DNA of 64,000 nucleotides. Source: Camelus dromedarius (taxonomy: Eukaryota). Of this stretch, positions 38,880-50,390 are shown piece after piece (position 1 is the first letter of the stretch; every line of letters begins with the position of its first letter). The position numbers were made by a program, and so were the translations under genes. Location of the stretch: positions 5,022,001 to 5,086,000 of the forward strand of contig NC_087437.1 of assembly GCF_036321535.1 (NCBI RefSeq), written 5' to 3'. The notes below the pieces were generated by a model. That model saw only the letters and a program-made list of their open reading frames with translations. It ran no database searches and was not told where the DNA came from.

Positions 38880-39770
38880 TTTTTACTCAAAGATTTTTTT
38901 AAATTGAAGTATTATTGATTTACAATGTTGTTAGTTTCAGGTGTACAGCATAGTCATTCAGTTATACATTTATGTATCTATTCTTTTTCAGATTCTTTTT
39001 CATTATAGGCTATTACAAGATACTGAATATAGGTCCCTGTGCTATACAGTAGGACTTTGTTGTTTATCTATTTTATGTATCTGCAAATCCAAAACTCCTA
39101 ATTTATCCCTCCTCAACCCCCTTTCCCCTTTGGCAACCACAGGTTTGTTTTCTTTGTCTGTGAGTCTATTTCTGTCTCTAAATAAGTTCATTTGTATCAC
39201 TTTTTTTTTTAGATTCCACATATAAGTGATATCATGATATTTGTCTTTCTCTGTCTGACTGACTTCACTTAGTATAATAATTTTCAGGTCCATCCATGTT
39301 GCTGAAAATGGCATTATTTTATTCTTTTTTATGGCTGGGTAGTATTCCATTGTATAAATATACCACAACTTCTTTATCCAGTCATCTGTCAATGGACATT
39401 TAGGTTGCTTCCATGTCTTGTCTATTGTAAATAGTGCTGTTGTGAACACTGCGGTACGTGTATCTTTTCAAATTAGCGTCCCTCTGGATAAATGCCCAGG
39501 AGTGGGATTGCTGGTCATATAGTAAGTCTATTTTTAGTTTTTAGGGAATCTCCAAACTGTTCTCCATAATGGCTGCACCAAACTACATTTCTACTAGCAG
39601 TGTAGGAGGGTTCCCTTTTCTCCACATCCTCTCCAGCATTTATTGTTTCTGGACTTTTGAATGGAGGCCATTCTGACCAGTGCGAGGTGGTACCTCACTG
39701 TCATGTTGCATTTCTCTGACAATCAGCGATGCTGAGCATCTCTTCACGTGCCTGTTGGCCATCTGTGTGT
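38880..39770 (-). mobile_element. 5'-truncated L1, nested in older L1M-like sequence
   Basis: ORF 39042-39449 (MFTTALFTIDKTWKQPKCPLTDDWIKKLWYIYTMEYY) is the L1 ORF2p C-terminus. Confidence 0.95.
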
Positions 39771-40288
39771 AAGCTCTCTTAAGAGCCGCAGTCCTCCAAA
39801 ATATGGAGGTTCCTTTGTTTATCCAGCTGTTTCCCTCTCAATCAATGCTGACGTCACTCCTTACTGCTTTCTGCCATTGTAACCAGTGAGGCAGTGATTG
39901 TCTCATACACGGATCTGTGCACATTCATGCTAGAGTTCCGAGGAACGAGTTTCTAGAAGTAGTGGTGCTGCATCCTAGGGCTTGCCTGGCCTCCCCTGTC
40001 TCATCGTCCTCTTGACCCTGATGTCCTAGAGACCCCTGCCGTCACCTGCCTGCCTGCTCACACTATCCTGTCTAGGGCCTCTCTGCCCGGCTTCTTCCTG
40101 GAAATCAGTCCCTTAACACCTGCTCGCTGCAGCTCTGTGCAAGTTGCTCACATCAATGGACCACTATGCCCCAATAATAGCACTTGCCACGTTGTGTTAC
40201 CATTATTTTTCTACTGGTCTAATTTCCCCACAAGACCAGAAATTTCCAAAGGCATCATCAGTGCCTGGCATGGGGCTTGGCACTCTGT

Positions 40289-40335
40289 GAATGAATGAAT
40301 GAATGAATGAATGAATGAATGAATGAATGAATGAA
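40289..40335. repeat. (GAAT)n repeat at an L2-like 3' end
   Basis: About 11-12 perfect gaat units after cagtgcctggca. Confidence 0.9.
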
Positions 40336-40689
40336 TTCATTAGTAAATTTGACTGAATTCACACTGTGTGCTGAACACTGGCACTGCGGACAGACAGCTA
40401 TTAATAAAACCAAAGCCTCTGCTCTTGGATGGGCGGAGACACCTGATAAACACATTATAAATCATCGGTCAGACGGTACGAAGGGCCATAAAGAGAAGTA
40501 GGCAGAGGACGACGGTGGGAGAGATAGCTACAGTTCACAGCAACGTCTGAGCAGAGACGTAAATGAGGTGAAAGGCTGAGGTGGACTGTCTAGGAAAGAA
40601 TATTCTAGCCACAAAGGCATGAGTGACCAAATGGGGGCCTGGCTGAGGACCCCCACACCCTGCTATCACAGGAGGATTTCCCACAGGCC

Positions 40690-41070
40690 AAAGGGATCCA
40701 AACTAAATTATCTCGGGGGAGCTCAGCATGAATGTCACTGCTTGCGGTCCCCAGGGAGAAGAGCAGGTGCAGGGGGCCGAGGGAGTGCGTGTAGGGAGGG
40801 CAGGGGGCAGGACTGGGCAGAGGGGAAAGCTGGGCTGCAATGCAGTCTCGGGGTGGGAGGGGTGTCCGTCAACCCTGGTGAGCTCTGGTCTGGACGACCC
40901 TTCAGAGTGGGGTGAACTGGGGTGAGGGGCTGGGCCTTCACGCCTCCCCTCAGTCAGCCATCAGACACTGGCCACCGCGGGAAGAGGCAGGGCCTTGGGC
41001 ACAGCGGCCCTTCTCAGCCATCACCATCCCCAAAGGGGTCAGCGCTGAGGCGGCCCTCCCAGCAGCTGAG
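40690..41070 (-). mobile_element. ERVL LTR33-like element
   Basis: ggactgggcagaggggaaagctgggctgcaatgcagtc...cccttcagagt...cttgggcacagcggcc. Confidence 0.6.
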
Positions 41071-42029
41071 GGGGTGGGGCCTCTGCTCCTGAGGGGTTTT
41101 CCTCAACGAGACAAGGTGGCCTGTCAGGATAAGGAACACTGCAGGCTGAGGGCTGCGGTCAGTGGGCCCTGGTTCTCAGCCTTGCTGCTTGGGAGAGAAA
41201 GGAAGAGGGAACGTGCTGGCGAGACGTCCTGGGCCTGCTGGTTGGCACAGTCCTTTCCTTTCCCTGGCTCTGCTCAAGGTGCTGACCCCCGCAGGCTGGG
41301 TTCCTCAAGCTCCCAGGCAGCTGGGCCTGACCAGCGCTGGCCAGTAGGAGCCACTAAGTAGACACTCTAACCTGGAGGAAGGGCGAGGCCAGGTATTTCT
41401 TTCCTCCTCTGTGTTGAGCAGAACCTCCATTAGCAGCCTGGGTACTAGCAGCTCCCCTGTTTAGGCCTAGGGTGGTTCCAGCCTTCATCAGGGGATCCCC
41501 TGCTCCAGGCTCTGGTGACACCACTGAGGGAGACACAAGACGCTCAGGTCCCCTTCAAGGAAGGACCTGCTGCGCAATGGCAGGGATGCAGCTGGCAGCT
41601 CCTCGAGGATCCCATGACCGAGGGGGCGGGTGTAAGTGTCCAGCACAAGGGCTGCCTGTAGGACACTCTGGTGGGTAGTGCTCCAGGCCTGGCTGAGGTT
41701 TTGTTTGGTCTGCATCACCAGGTGGCTTCTGCTTCGGCCACCCTCATTCTCCTTTCCCGCCAGGGGCTGACCCCTCATAAACACCATGTCTCCCAAACTA
41801 TGCCTAAGTGTGTGCTTCCGGAGAACCCAACCGCAGCACCACTCGCTCTGTCCTGCAGCGAAGGCCAGTGGCTTCCCATGGCGTTACCCTCCGGGTGGCC
41901 TCCCCACACCCCTGCTGGACACTTAGACTTTGCATCGCCTGTGGGGCCAATCTGCCGCGTGTTATCCCCGTCTGTTCAGGTACGTGCAGTGGGTTCTGTC
42001 CTCGTGGTTAGACACTGCCCGAGAGCGTG

Positions 42030-42280
42030 AGTTTTCTGTCTAAATTTAAGTTTACATTCTGGCCTCTCTTTCTAAGCCATTGGGTTATAAATGGGTCCCC
42101 TAACTCACACACAAATAATTATAAAATACAGTCCTTTCCGGGGCCTCGGGGCCACCTGTCAGTTGGAGGCTTGTAACATTGGGCCCTTTGCAAAAAAGGG
42201 CAGAGCCAAGTGTGGAGGTGCAGCTTCAGCCAAGAAACCCTGCAAGCAGCAAGTGAACCACAGTCCCGCACCGGTAAGTC
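42030..42280 (+). promoter_or_regulatory. Candidate TATA promoter and short first exon
   Basis: MEF2-consensus ctaaatttaa at 42040-42049, TATAAAA at 42120-42126, strong donor CCG|GTAAGT (intron would start at 42274). Motifs only. Confidence 0.3.
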
Positions 42281-42749
42281 CCAGACCGGTGGCCAGCGCT
42301 GCCCCTTGCCTCCCCCTGCTCCGCTGTCACCTGGGACTCCGGCTGAGGCCCCAGAGACGAGCACCCGCACACCGGCAGGTAGGCTGTGGCTTCTTTGCAA
42401 GACCTCCCCGCTCCGCCCGCCCCCTTGGTCACCGTCTGGCTCTGAGCTGGGCGGTGTCTCTGGTCTGCACTTCCCGGGCTCCCTCCTGAGGGCAGGGCTG
42501 GGGCTGGGGTGAGGACACACGGCAGCCTGGGACACCCATGTCAGGAGGATGCCCTTGGAAGGTCGGGCCAGGCCCGGGGACGCTCTCTTTGGAAGGGTAA
42601 GATGGGAAGCCAGAGGCCAGGAGTGGAGGGGGGGACCCCTGCATCAGCCAGGGTACCATCAGGAGACAGAAACCACACTGCTTTGTTTTCATAACGAGAA
42701 GCTGGAAGAGAATGATCACTGAAAAGGCAGAGCAGAACTCTGTGATGTA

Positions 42750-43140
42750 CCCCGGGGGGCGCACCTTCGGGCAGAGCCGCCGCTCCTGGGCTGGGGGGAT
42801 AAAGGGAGACCGGACTGGCTCAGACTTACTCGGCGGAGGGTGCTGGGACGAGAGACGCCAACCTCTGAGGCGTGGGGCCGCCCGGCGGGGCGCCCGAAGC
42901 TGGCCTGCAAGGGCGGGAGAGACTGCCAAGCGGGCCAGACGCCGCCACGGGAGCTGCTGCAGCCGGGGCCAGTCACGGCGGCCGCGCGGGGCGAGGAGGC
43001 GCGGGGAGGAGGCGAGAAGCGGGCCCCGGCCTCCGTCGCCGCCGGCGGGCGCCCTCTGCCGCCCCCTGCCGGCAGGGCCCGGCGGGGCGCCGCTGGCAAA
43101 GCCGGGTCCACTCAGCCAAGTTCCAGCCCCAGCGTCACAC
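42750..43140. promoter_or_regulatory. CpG island, probable promoter or regulatory element
   Basis: Very GC-rich, non-repeat sequence with dense CpG (ggcggccgcgcggggcgaggaggcgcgggg) and GC boxes, against a CpG-depleted background. Confidence 0.85.
43047..43074 (-). promoter_or_regulatory. Two overlapping CTCF-like motifs
   Basis: Minus strand reads GCCGGCAGGGGGCGGCAG and GGCGGCAGAGGGCGCCC, versus consensus CC(A/G)(C/G)CAG(A/G)GGGCGC. Confidence 0.55.
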
Positions 43141-43589
43141 GGCTGAGGATGCAGGGCAGTTTGAGATTCAAGAGACAGAAGCTTGGATAACGCGCATACC
43201 TTCTGAAGAGTACCTATTCGAGGAGTCTCAGACAGAAGTGGCCTGGGATCTGGTCAAGGACTCAAATCCCAGGGAGACACAAGCCCACAGTCGCAGCGCC
43301 TGGCGGGTGATTCGATAGTCAATGTGCAAACGGAGCCGAATTTCAAAACAGTTCGGTGACAGGCAGGAGCATTGCTAGAACGCCTGAGAGCTTGGCCACA
43401 CTGATGCCGTAAACCGCCAGTTTCCACGTCTTTCCTCCTACCCAGCCCCCACCCACCCATCACTGCACACGAGATAGCCCCTCATCCCTTGCTATGTCTG
43501 CATGTCCAGAGCAACAGTTAGACCTTCAGCCACTCTCTCGGTGACCCACCACGTGAATACAGTCCTCAGGAAGTGATGGTATTTTTTTT

Positions 43590-44500
43590 ATCTGTTGCTG
43601 CACACAAGTTACCCCACAGTTGAGCAGGGCAAAACAGCCAACGTTCATTATTAGTAACTTAGTATTAAGAATAATTATTATCTCAGTTTTTGTGGGTCAG
43701 GATGTCTTTGTTTTAAAATTTTTTTAATTCTTTTTTTTTTTAATTGAAGTGTAGTCGATTTACAATGTTAGTTTCAGGTGGACAGCAAAGTGATTCAGTT
43801 ATACATAGACATACATACATATATATATTTTCAGTGTCTTTTCCATTATGGCTCATTACAAGAAATTGAATATAGTTTCCTGTGCTATACAGCAGGTCCT
43901 TGTTGTTTATCTATTTTATATATAGTAACGTGTATCTGTTAACCCCAAACTCCTAATCTATCCCTCTCTCACCCTTTCCCCCCTGGTAACCACAGTTTAT
44001 TTTCTATGTCTGTGAGTCTACTTCTGGATTGTAAATAAAATTTGTATTTTTTTTTTCCAGGATGCCTTTGGTTCAGAACATCTCACAAGGATGCATGAAG
44101 GTGTCTGCCTGGTGTCCACCATCTCAAGGCTCCACTAGGGGTGGATCTTTTTGCAAGCTCACTCCTGGGTAGTTGGCAAGTCTACCTCCAGCCTCCAATG
44201 TCATGGTGCTACCAGTTTCTCACTGGCTGTTGGCCAGAAGCCTTGCCGAGGTCCCTGCCATAGGACAGTTCACAGCATAGCAGCTGGCCTTTCCCAGAGC
44301 AAGAGAGAATGAGAGACAGCATGAAGGACAGAAGTCACAGACATTTTACACCCAATCTCAAAAGTGACAGCCCATCACTTTTGTTATAGTCTGTCAGAAG
44401 CAAGTCACCAGGCTCAGTCTACACTGGAGGGGCAGATTACAAAAGGCATGAATGCCGGGAAGTGGGAGGTCATTGGGAGCCATTCCAGAGGCTGCCTTCT
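43590..44500 (-). mobile_element. MaLR LTR (MLT1G/H-like), interrupted by an L1
   Basis: tatctgttgctgcacacaagttacccc...tctcagtttttgtgggtcagga...aagtgacagcccatcacttttg...ggcatgaatgccgggaag. Confidence 0.8.
43725..44057 (-). mobile_element. L1 3' UTR fragment
   Basis: aattgaagtgtagtcgatttacaatgttag; approximate TSD caggatgtctttg / caggatgcctttg. Confidence 0.92.
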
Positions 44501-45414
44501 CACCTTGGCTCAGCCCATAGCTACACTGAATTTCTCAAAGTAGCAGATATCCACTCTGTAGGAGTATAACACACTATGAAGGCTCAAATCAACACATGTT
44601 GAGCCTCCTGTTCTAATCAAATTACACTTTATAACAAAGTTAATTTAAGGCATATATAATGATACACATAAGTATTACGGCTCTGTATGGTAATTAGGCA
44701 TCCATGGTGGAAGGCTCACCGAGATGACTGTAATTAGTGTGACTTGAACACAGCCAAGCCTGCTTCACTTTCCTCTCCTCATCTGTTTAGGTCGCCTGGA
44801 TCTATCACAGCCTCCATGGTGATCATTTTCCTTGATACCACCTACCACTTAATTATCACCCTGCAGGCAAACTCTGACACTCACGTACACACAGTCGTGG
44901 CGATCCTGCATCTCACCCTGCAGCAGCAGAGTGCTTTGTCTTGGCCTCTACTTCCCAGTGTTTTCCATTTCTCCCTGCTCCCCAGACGAAGGCAGCTGAG
45001 AAGCCGTGGCAACAATTGGAGCTAGAGTCTGGATTTTTCCCAGGAGGAGCTGACCAAGCAGGGGGCCTGGTACAAAACAGCTCACACTCTCCAGAAGGGT
45101 TTGCTTGAATGAATAAAGAAGTTGTCCTTCTATTTCTCCTCCTCAGTTATATATTGCTTGGGGTAATTTTAGCAGGGAATAAATTCTTTAAACATTGGAC
45201 AACCACAAAGAAGGAAACATGCAAATGGCGGCAAAAGAATATATCAGTATTGAATGAGCTTCGGTTGTTTGGGAACTCAGATCCTCTCTTATATTGATGG
45301 GGAAAAATGAGAGGAAGGAGGGCCAGAAGAGGAGGAAAAGGGAAAGAAAACACCAGGGACAGGGGTGGGGTGGGACACCAGGGGAGAAACTGGTGAGCCG
45401 GAGACCTACAAGGA

Positions 45415-45620
45415 AAGGTTATAGGATAAAATGCAGGACATTGAGTTACATTAGAATTTCAGATAGGCAACGGGAAAAAAAAAAAAAATTTTTTTTTTTA
45501 GTATAAGTATATCCCAGGCAACACCTGGAATATACTTATACTAAAAATTAAAATTTTTTCCCCGAAATTTAAATTTAACTGGGAATTCTGTATTTTAATT
45601 TGTGAAATCCAGCAACCCTA
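45415..45620. mobile_element. MER53 palindromic MITE
   Basis: ataaaatgcaggac...tagtataagtatatccca...tggaatatacttatacta...aaatccagcaacccta; internal inverted repeat. Confidence 0.85.
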
Positions 45621-46544
45621 CTGTAAGATCGACCTCTCACATTTCCTTTTCATCCCAGAACTTGTCATCTCTGAGGGTCAAGTTGCTGTGGGGTCAAAGG
45701 GCTTTCTTGTCCTTTCTGATTAGAGTCTATGATCCTGGCATGAGTCCTGCCCCCTCTTGCTGCCTTCTCCCCATGCCCTCAGACCTCCAGCCTCCAATGT
45801 CATGGTGCTACCAGCCCCAGGCAGCTGCAGGGTCAGCGCGTGGCAGGAGATGCCACGACACTCCTCTGAGGTCCCTCTGCCCATCTCTCCCTGACGTCTC
45901 ACAGTGCCTGCCCCTACCCGGCCTCCTGGAGCATTGTGCCTCTAAATCTCCGAGCCTCCCTGATATGAGTGTATATATAGCCAGTGTGACAGACAGATTT
46001 GAAGGCTACTCTGGCTACGGGTTGAAATGTGGACAAAATATTTCTTGCTGAGCAGTTCACATTAAAAGGAATTTAGTTTGCCCCTTGGTGGGCAGCCTGG
46101 GAAGGTAGCTGGATATTTACCCCTGCAGGGCTTCTCCCAAAATTGTTTTACGGTATCATGGACCCTACTTTAGTGGACAAGTTTTTTGATGAGCAAAGCA
46201 GATGAGCGCCACTGTGGTTTGAGTGCCTGGGGATGGATTTGGTAAATCCTGCTCAGTCACATCCCATTGGCTCCCATCCCTGACTTTCCCTCCATAGTTA
46301 CAGTTCTTCAGATCATCTCCCTGGTTCTCATACAAGCTCTTCCCTGAGATGAAGCTGGGATGACAGACCCGGCTTTCAGGGCCACAGTCCACGGCCCAGG
46401 GACCCTGTCCTCAAACTTAGTCTCAAGGATCCCACATCCCAGGCCTGGTTCGGCCGATCAGAGAGGCAAAACCAACCTCATCTACTCCAATTACTACTCC
46501 ATGAACCTTTTTACTGAGAAGTAACCCTCAACCTAGCCCCATTT

Positions 46545-47115
46545 TAAAAAAATCTTATTATTTATTGGAGTACAATATACATGCAGAAAAATACGCACAC
46601 ACATTTACAACTCAATACATTTTCATGCACCAAACACTCTCTGCTGACCCACCTACAGATCAAGGAACAGGACATTTCCAACACCCAGGAAACCCTCCTA
46701 GTCACCAATGTTCCTTGTCCCCCAAAGTTCTCCACTCTTTGTACTAATAACCAAGGTTAGCTTTGTTTTGTTTTTATTCTTTATAGATGTAAACAGAATG
46801 ATACAGCATAGTCTCTTTTGTGTATCTCTTCTCTCACTCAGCTTCACATTTCTGAGATTCATCTGTACCTTTGTGTGTAATTGTAGTATGTATTCTCACT
46901 GCGGTATAGTGTTCCCTTGTGTGAATTCACCACCAATTTAAAAAATCATGATGTTGTTGGGCATTTGGGTAGCTTCCAGTTTGAGGATATTAAGATGGTG
47001 CAGCCAGGGAGGAAACATACACCGGGCTGCTGTGGGAATTACCTGTGAGTGGAATCGCTGAGCCAGACGGTGTGTCTTTGCTTAGCTCTGGTGTTGCTGC
47101 CAAACGGTTTCCCAA
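46545..47115 (-). mobile_element. Old L1M 3' end
   Basis: cagatcaaggaacaggacatttccaacacccagg...ctgagattcatc...gggcatttgggtagcttccagttt...gagtggaatcgctg. Confidence 0.75.
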
Positions 47116-47869
47116 ACTCTTAACCCTGTTGTAAATCTAAAAATGAATTGTCCTTCCCCGATTCTATCCCTTCTTAGAGTTGGGACGAATCTCAAACACG
47201 CCATTATTTCTCAACCGCGAGACTTAGAAAGTTCTACCAAAATGCTAGTGCTAACGTTTCAAAATAAATAAGTTGCATCCATGAAGTCCTCCGCGGTGGC
47301 AGAGTGAAAAGGCAGAACCTCCGGATGTCAGCTAGAATGCCGAGTTGCTAAGATGGTTTTCTTTGTTGCCGAGAGGGCTGGGAGCCTTTTGCAAAAGCTG
47401 CTGCCAATCAGGCTTGCTGCTCTTTGCAGGGCTAATTAACAGCACTCGGGCAAGCAAGGGGACCAGCGCCTGCACAGTGATGCCATCCCAGGGCGTATGG
47501 CTAATTATAAACACAAAGAGCACTTAAAGGCTATGATTCGAAGAAAAAAAAATCCCTGAACAAAACCAAAAAAACCTCTTCGGAATTCTAATGCCAGCGA
47601 GCTTGTGATTGTGTGGCTCGGGGGCAGGGGTGTCAGCAACAATCTCCCACCATGGACTAAATCACTCAGCACCCTGCATCACACATCCGTCCTCCCAAGC
47701 AGGCACAGGGAAGGGCTTCCTTTGTGTCCTACGGGAGGGAGACGCGGGAAGTGTGTCAATTCCATTTCCAGGGGCGTCCCGGCCAAAGTATGATAAACCC
47801 ATTTTCACCAAGCATGGAGGAGCAGACTAGGGCAATCCAGACCCTGCAGGGGTTATCTGTGCCAGCTTT

Positions 47870-48048
47870 TTAAATTTCTTTTTAAAGTTTTTTGGGGGTG
47901 AGAGGTAATTAGGTTTACTTATTTATTAATAGAGGAGGTACTGGGGTTTGAACCCATAAATTGAATTTTAAAAGATACATTCAAGGTTTGTACAGGGCCT
48001 TGTGTATGCTAAGCATGTGCTCTACCAGTTGAGCTATACCCTCCTCTC
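47870..48048 (-). mobile_element. Vic-1-like SINE carrying a 38-nt foreign insertion
   Basis: TSD gtgccagcttt at 47859-47869 and 48049-48059; SINE body interrupted at 47957-47994. Confidence 0.92.
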
Positions 48049-48569
48049 GTGCCAGCTTTGATCCCCATTAGCTACAAACCACATATAATCCATCAGATAT
48101 GCAAATCAGGTTCCAACTCATAGCACTTATTAGCATCTCCTGGAACCGCGCAAGAAGCCATGAATGTTTGCCCAGGAAGAAAGCAACCCTTCTGCTCCTC
48201 ATTGGGAAGGCTTGTCTGATCAGGCAGAAAAACCCTGGGCTTGCCTGGAGGGGTGGGGGGTGCTGCAGAGAAAGCTGAAAGGGAACGGCAGCTTTCGTGC
48301 TCTCAGGTCATCTGGAAGAGTATCCACAAAGTCCAGGCGTGGCGTGATTTGATGTGAGAGGGAGGAATCTGATACCAGGAAGTCTCCCTGCATCCCAGCC
48401 CTCCAGGGCGCTGCCCGCTCCAGATCCTAGTGAGTTCCGAATGCATTATGGTGGGTCTCCCGGCAGCCTCTGAGCAGAGACCAGGGCAACCTAGGGCCCC
48501 AAAAACTGGAAGAAAAGGGCTAGACTTGGGGGAGGGGCAAAAGACAATGAAATTAACAGAGGAGGTGTA

Positions 48570-48715
48570 GAACCTATATTCAATACTTTGTAATAGCTTA
48601 TAATGAAAAAGAATATGAAAAGGAATATGTGTATGTACAACTCAATGAGTTTGCTCTACGCCAGAAACTAACACAACATTGTAAACCGACTGTACTTCAA
48701 TTTAAAAAAAAAAAC
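48570..48715 (+). mobile_element. Short L1 3' UTR fragment
   Basis: taatgaaaaagaatatgaaaaggaata...acaacattgtaaaccgactgtacttcaa plus A-tail. Confidence 0.9.
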
Positions 48716-49224
48716 AAAGAATGATGGAAAGCTGTTTGAAAGCAGTATTTCAAGATATCTATAATATAGCATAAGAATATGCCATATTACAGTTACATAA
48801 TTTCACTTAGTGGTGGTCACAGATGCTGCTAACATGCCTATGGCGTGTTCCTTAGATCCGGAATTGAAGGAAATGTGAAATTTCAGTTACAGGTTAGTAA
48901 AACTAAAAATGCACTTTTTTTTCACATCCAACGTTACAAACTTTCCGAATTCTATCCACAGACTCTCAAGATTAAGGATCTCCATGGCATAAATTGAATT
49001 TTAAAAGATATATTCAAGGTTATTAATATGTTTCCCTTTCTTCAAAAGACTTAACAATTTAAAATAATTCTTAGGAAAAAATTATTCTTACAGACATTGA
49101 CATTAAAAAGATTTTTAAAATTGCTTTGAATTTAATATCTCAGTTGAGATGCAAATATTCATTAATTCATTGATTCATCTATGAGGAATTACTGATGAAC
49201 TGTCTTCGGGATGAAACCATCCGT

Positions 49225-50390
49225 AGTGACTCTACCATGTTTAGATGGTGACAGACAACTAGCTGGCCACTAGGGATTTGTTCTCTCCCTCTGTAGAGCA
49301 GAGTTGTTCCTAGGAAGTGGCTGCCAAGCCAGGGACCACATGCCTTGTATCTTGCAAGGTGGGAGTTACATGGCGAATTCTCATCAATGGAATATGAGTG
49401 GAAGTGATACATGTCTCTTCTAGGTCAAGGCTTTTGAGAAATGCATGTGCCCTCTTCACTTTCTTTTTTCTCCCATCTCCCAGTTGAATAAGTCAGCCTG
49501 GGGCTCAGAATGATGATATAGCACAAGGCATTCTCCTTCCATAATTACCAAAACCCATTGTGGACTTTACAGGATTAAGTGATACACTTCTATTGTGCTA
49601 TATTGTGTGAGATTTGAGAGCTTGTCTGTTCCAGCAGCTAGTGTGTTACTTTAACCAATGCAAAGACATCACTTAAGGATGCTGCCCGGGGCCATGCCCA
49701 TCCCCCCCACCCGCTTCCCTACTTGTCATTGCAGGGATGGCGGGTACTGCAAACTGGCTCACTCAACTCCATTCCAACCCTTTTGTGTGGTGCAAGCCAA
49801 GAGTAGAAAGCCAAAGACATTTCCTTCTTTCCCAGATACCCACTACGGTTCCGGTTTCATATGAGACACTCATTTGGTCCAGCGGATGTACTTGTGTGAG
49901 ATTCGGGAAACAGAAATTGGACATAGTGAACTGGAGGTTGTGCTCCTTTGATTCCTACCCTTTCTTCTTGCAAGCATGGCTGTGAAGTAACAGAAAACCC
50001 ATCTATAGTGGCTTCAATCAATAAGGGTTTATTTATTTTTTTCCCCATTACAAGAAGCTTGGAGGTAGGCAATCACTCGGTGGGTTCATGGATTCAATAT
50101 TGGCAGGACCAGCATCTGTGGAATTCTTTTAGACTTTTCCTCATAGTTACAAGGCCGTTGTTTCAGCACCAGTCATCACGTCTCTATTCAAAGCAGAACA
50201 GAACAATTCAAACACAAAGCAGAAAAGGCAACCAACAATGCTACGTCTGCCTTTTTATCGAAGGAAAAAGCTTTCCCAGAAGCCCTCACAACACACTTAC
50301 CTGCAGGTCTAAGGGTCCAAAATTGGACACATTGGCTCCTGAACAAAACTGGAGTTCAGTTGGCAAGGGAGAAGCAGGGACTAGCTGTAG
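49225..50390. mobile_element. Cluster of old MaLR (MLT1) LTR fragments
   Basis: tcaatggaatatgagtggaagtgatacatgtctcttctaggtcaagg...ttccagcagctagtgt; then antisense gtaacagaaaaccc...gtggcttcaatcaataagg. Confidence 0.6.

Noticed and set aside
42091..43318. Overlapping 100-166 aa ORFs on both strands
   Set aside because: Arg/Pro/Gly/Ala-rich frames expected from stop-codon scarcity in a CpG island; no domain recognised.
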